Shown here: positions 63,251 through 64,000 of the stretch, piece by piece
How positions within the stretch are numbered: position 1 is the stretch's first letter
Layout: every line of letters starts with the position of its first letter
Assembly (NCBI GenBank): GCA_013239625.1
Contig: MU053884.1
Location: 1 to 64,000, forward strand
DNA: 64,000 nt
Direction: 5' to 3'
From: Lama guanicoe
Taxonomy: Eukaryota
Notes under the pieces: generated by a model
Databases searched by the model: none
What the model saw: only the letters and a program-made list of their open reading frames with translations
What the model was told of the DNA's origin: nothing
Program-made: the position numbers and the translations under genes

Positions 63251-64000
63251 TTTGGCGTTATTCTAAATCAATTTACAATTGAGGGTCACAGTGTCCATTG
63301 TTTTATCCACTCAGAAGTTCCTGACTTTGGAGTGTGAAGCAAGAGCCCCTCCTCTCTGGAGATGGTCTTTACAACTTACAGTGTCAGTAGAGCCAACATA
63401 ACTGCTATGGACCTCTGGAAGTGCAGGGCCAGAGCATACCTGGGAGCTCACATCCAATACATGTAAACATGTTAAGTGCATAAGGTTCTAAACTGCTGCC
63501 TTTACAAATATACATTCATTATAAGGGGGAAGTCCAGGTTCAAATTTAGAATTCCCAGACACAGGGGAGTCCAGCAAAGAAAGTGAGCTTGTGGGGAGAG
63601 CTGATTCCCAGTCTCTGATCACTAGTCTGACCATTTTCTTCCCAATGCTGGGTCTATCCCTTGCCACAAGGGGCCTTGGATGTGCACAGGGGGACACTCA
63701 GAACTCACGTCCGGGCTCTGCTCATACCCTCCATGCAAACAGCTGCCCTTTGGCCTCTCTGTGAGTCCTGGGAATCTGAACTCTGGGGAGAGCCGGTGCA
63801 GGCAATAGAAATGGGTCAGGCTTAGGCAGGGCATTTGGGGTCCTGGGTTTCTAGAGCACGGGATGGAGCCAATGACCGTGTTCCCTTGCCCTGCTGACTC
63901 CACCCCATGGAGGGTGTGGCCAGAGGAAGTGTCAGGGCCAGAGGGACCCTCTGTAGTGCAGGACCCAGGGCAGCGGGTCCCCTTGCCGGGGTCTAAGGGT

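Overview
This is mammalian genomic DNA, very likely camelid (alpaca/camel), judged from the abundant tRNA-Ala-derived Vic-1-type SINEs and cetartiodactyl L1s. No intact protein-coding gene is visible. The window reads as a mosaic of duplicated segments from unrelated loci. (i) About 1-36 kb: an intron-containing ANO6 (TMEM16F) pseudogene on the minus strand. Exons 4-8, 11 and 12 are recognisable and carry stops or frameshifts; exons 9-10 appear deleted at a 3'-truncated L1. (ii) About 37-45 kb: a segment carrying an open, splice-intact copy of KLHL2 exon 2 on the same strand, 2.2 kb upstream of ANO6 exon 4, giving a potential KLHL2-ANO6 chimeric transcription unit. (iii) 46-47.5 kb: a GC-rich ~158-bp repeat array with an internal inversion, next to a CpG island with minus-strand splice donors. 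(iv) 48.8-54.1 kb: a ~710-bp LTR fold-back hairpin, a diverged ~950-bp direct duplication and a decayed copy of an 'MxCC...RRLWPF' RalGDS-like multicopy family gene. (v) 55.7-61.6 kb: a chain of minus-strand exon-like units, including an 18-nt microexon, from a gene I cannot identify. Several segment junctions coincide with abruptly truncated L1 fragments. There is one 204-N assembly gap. Gene and repeat-family identities and human exon sizes come from my recollection, not from a database search.
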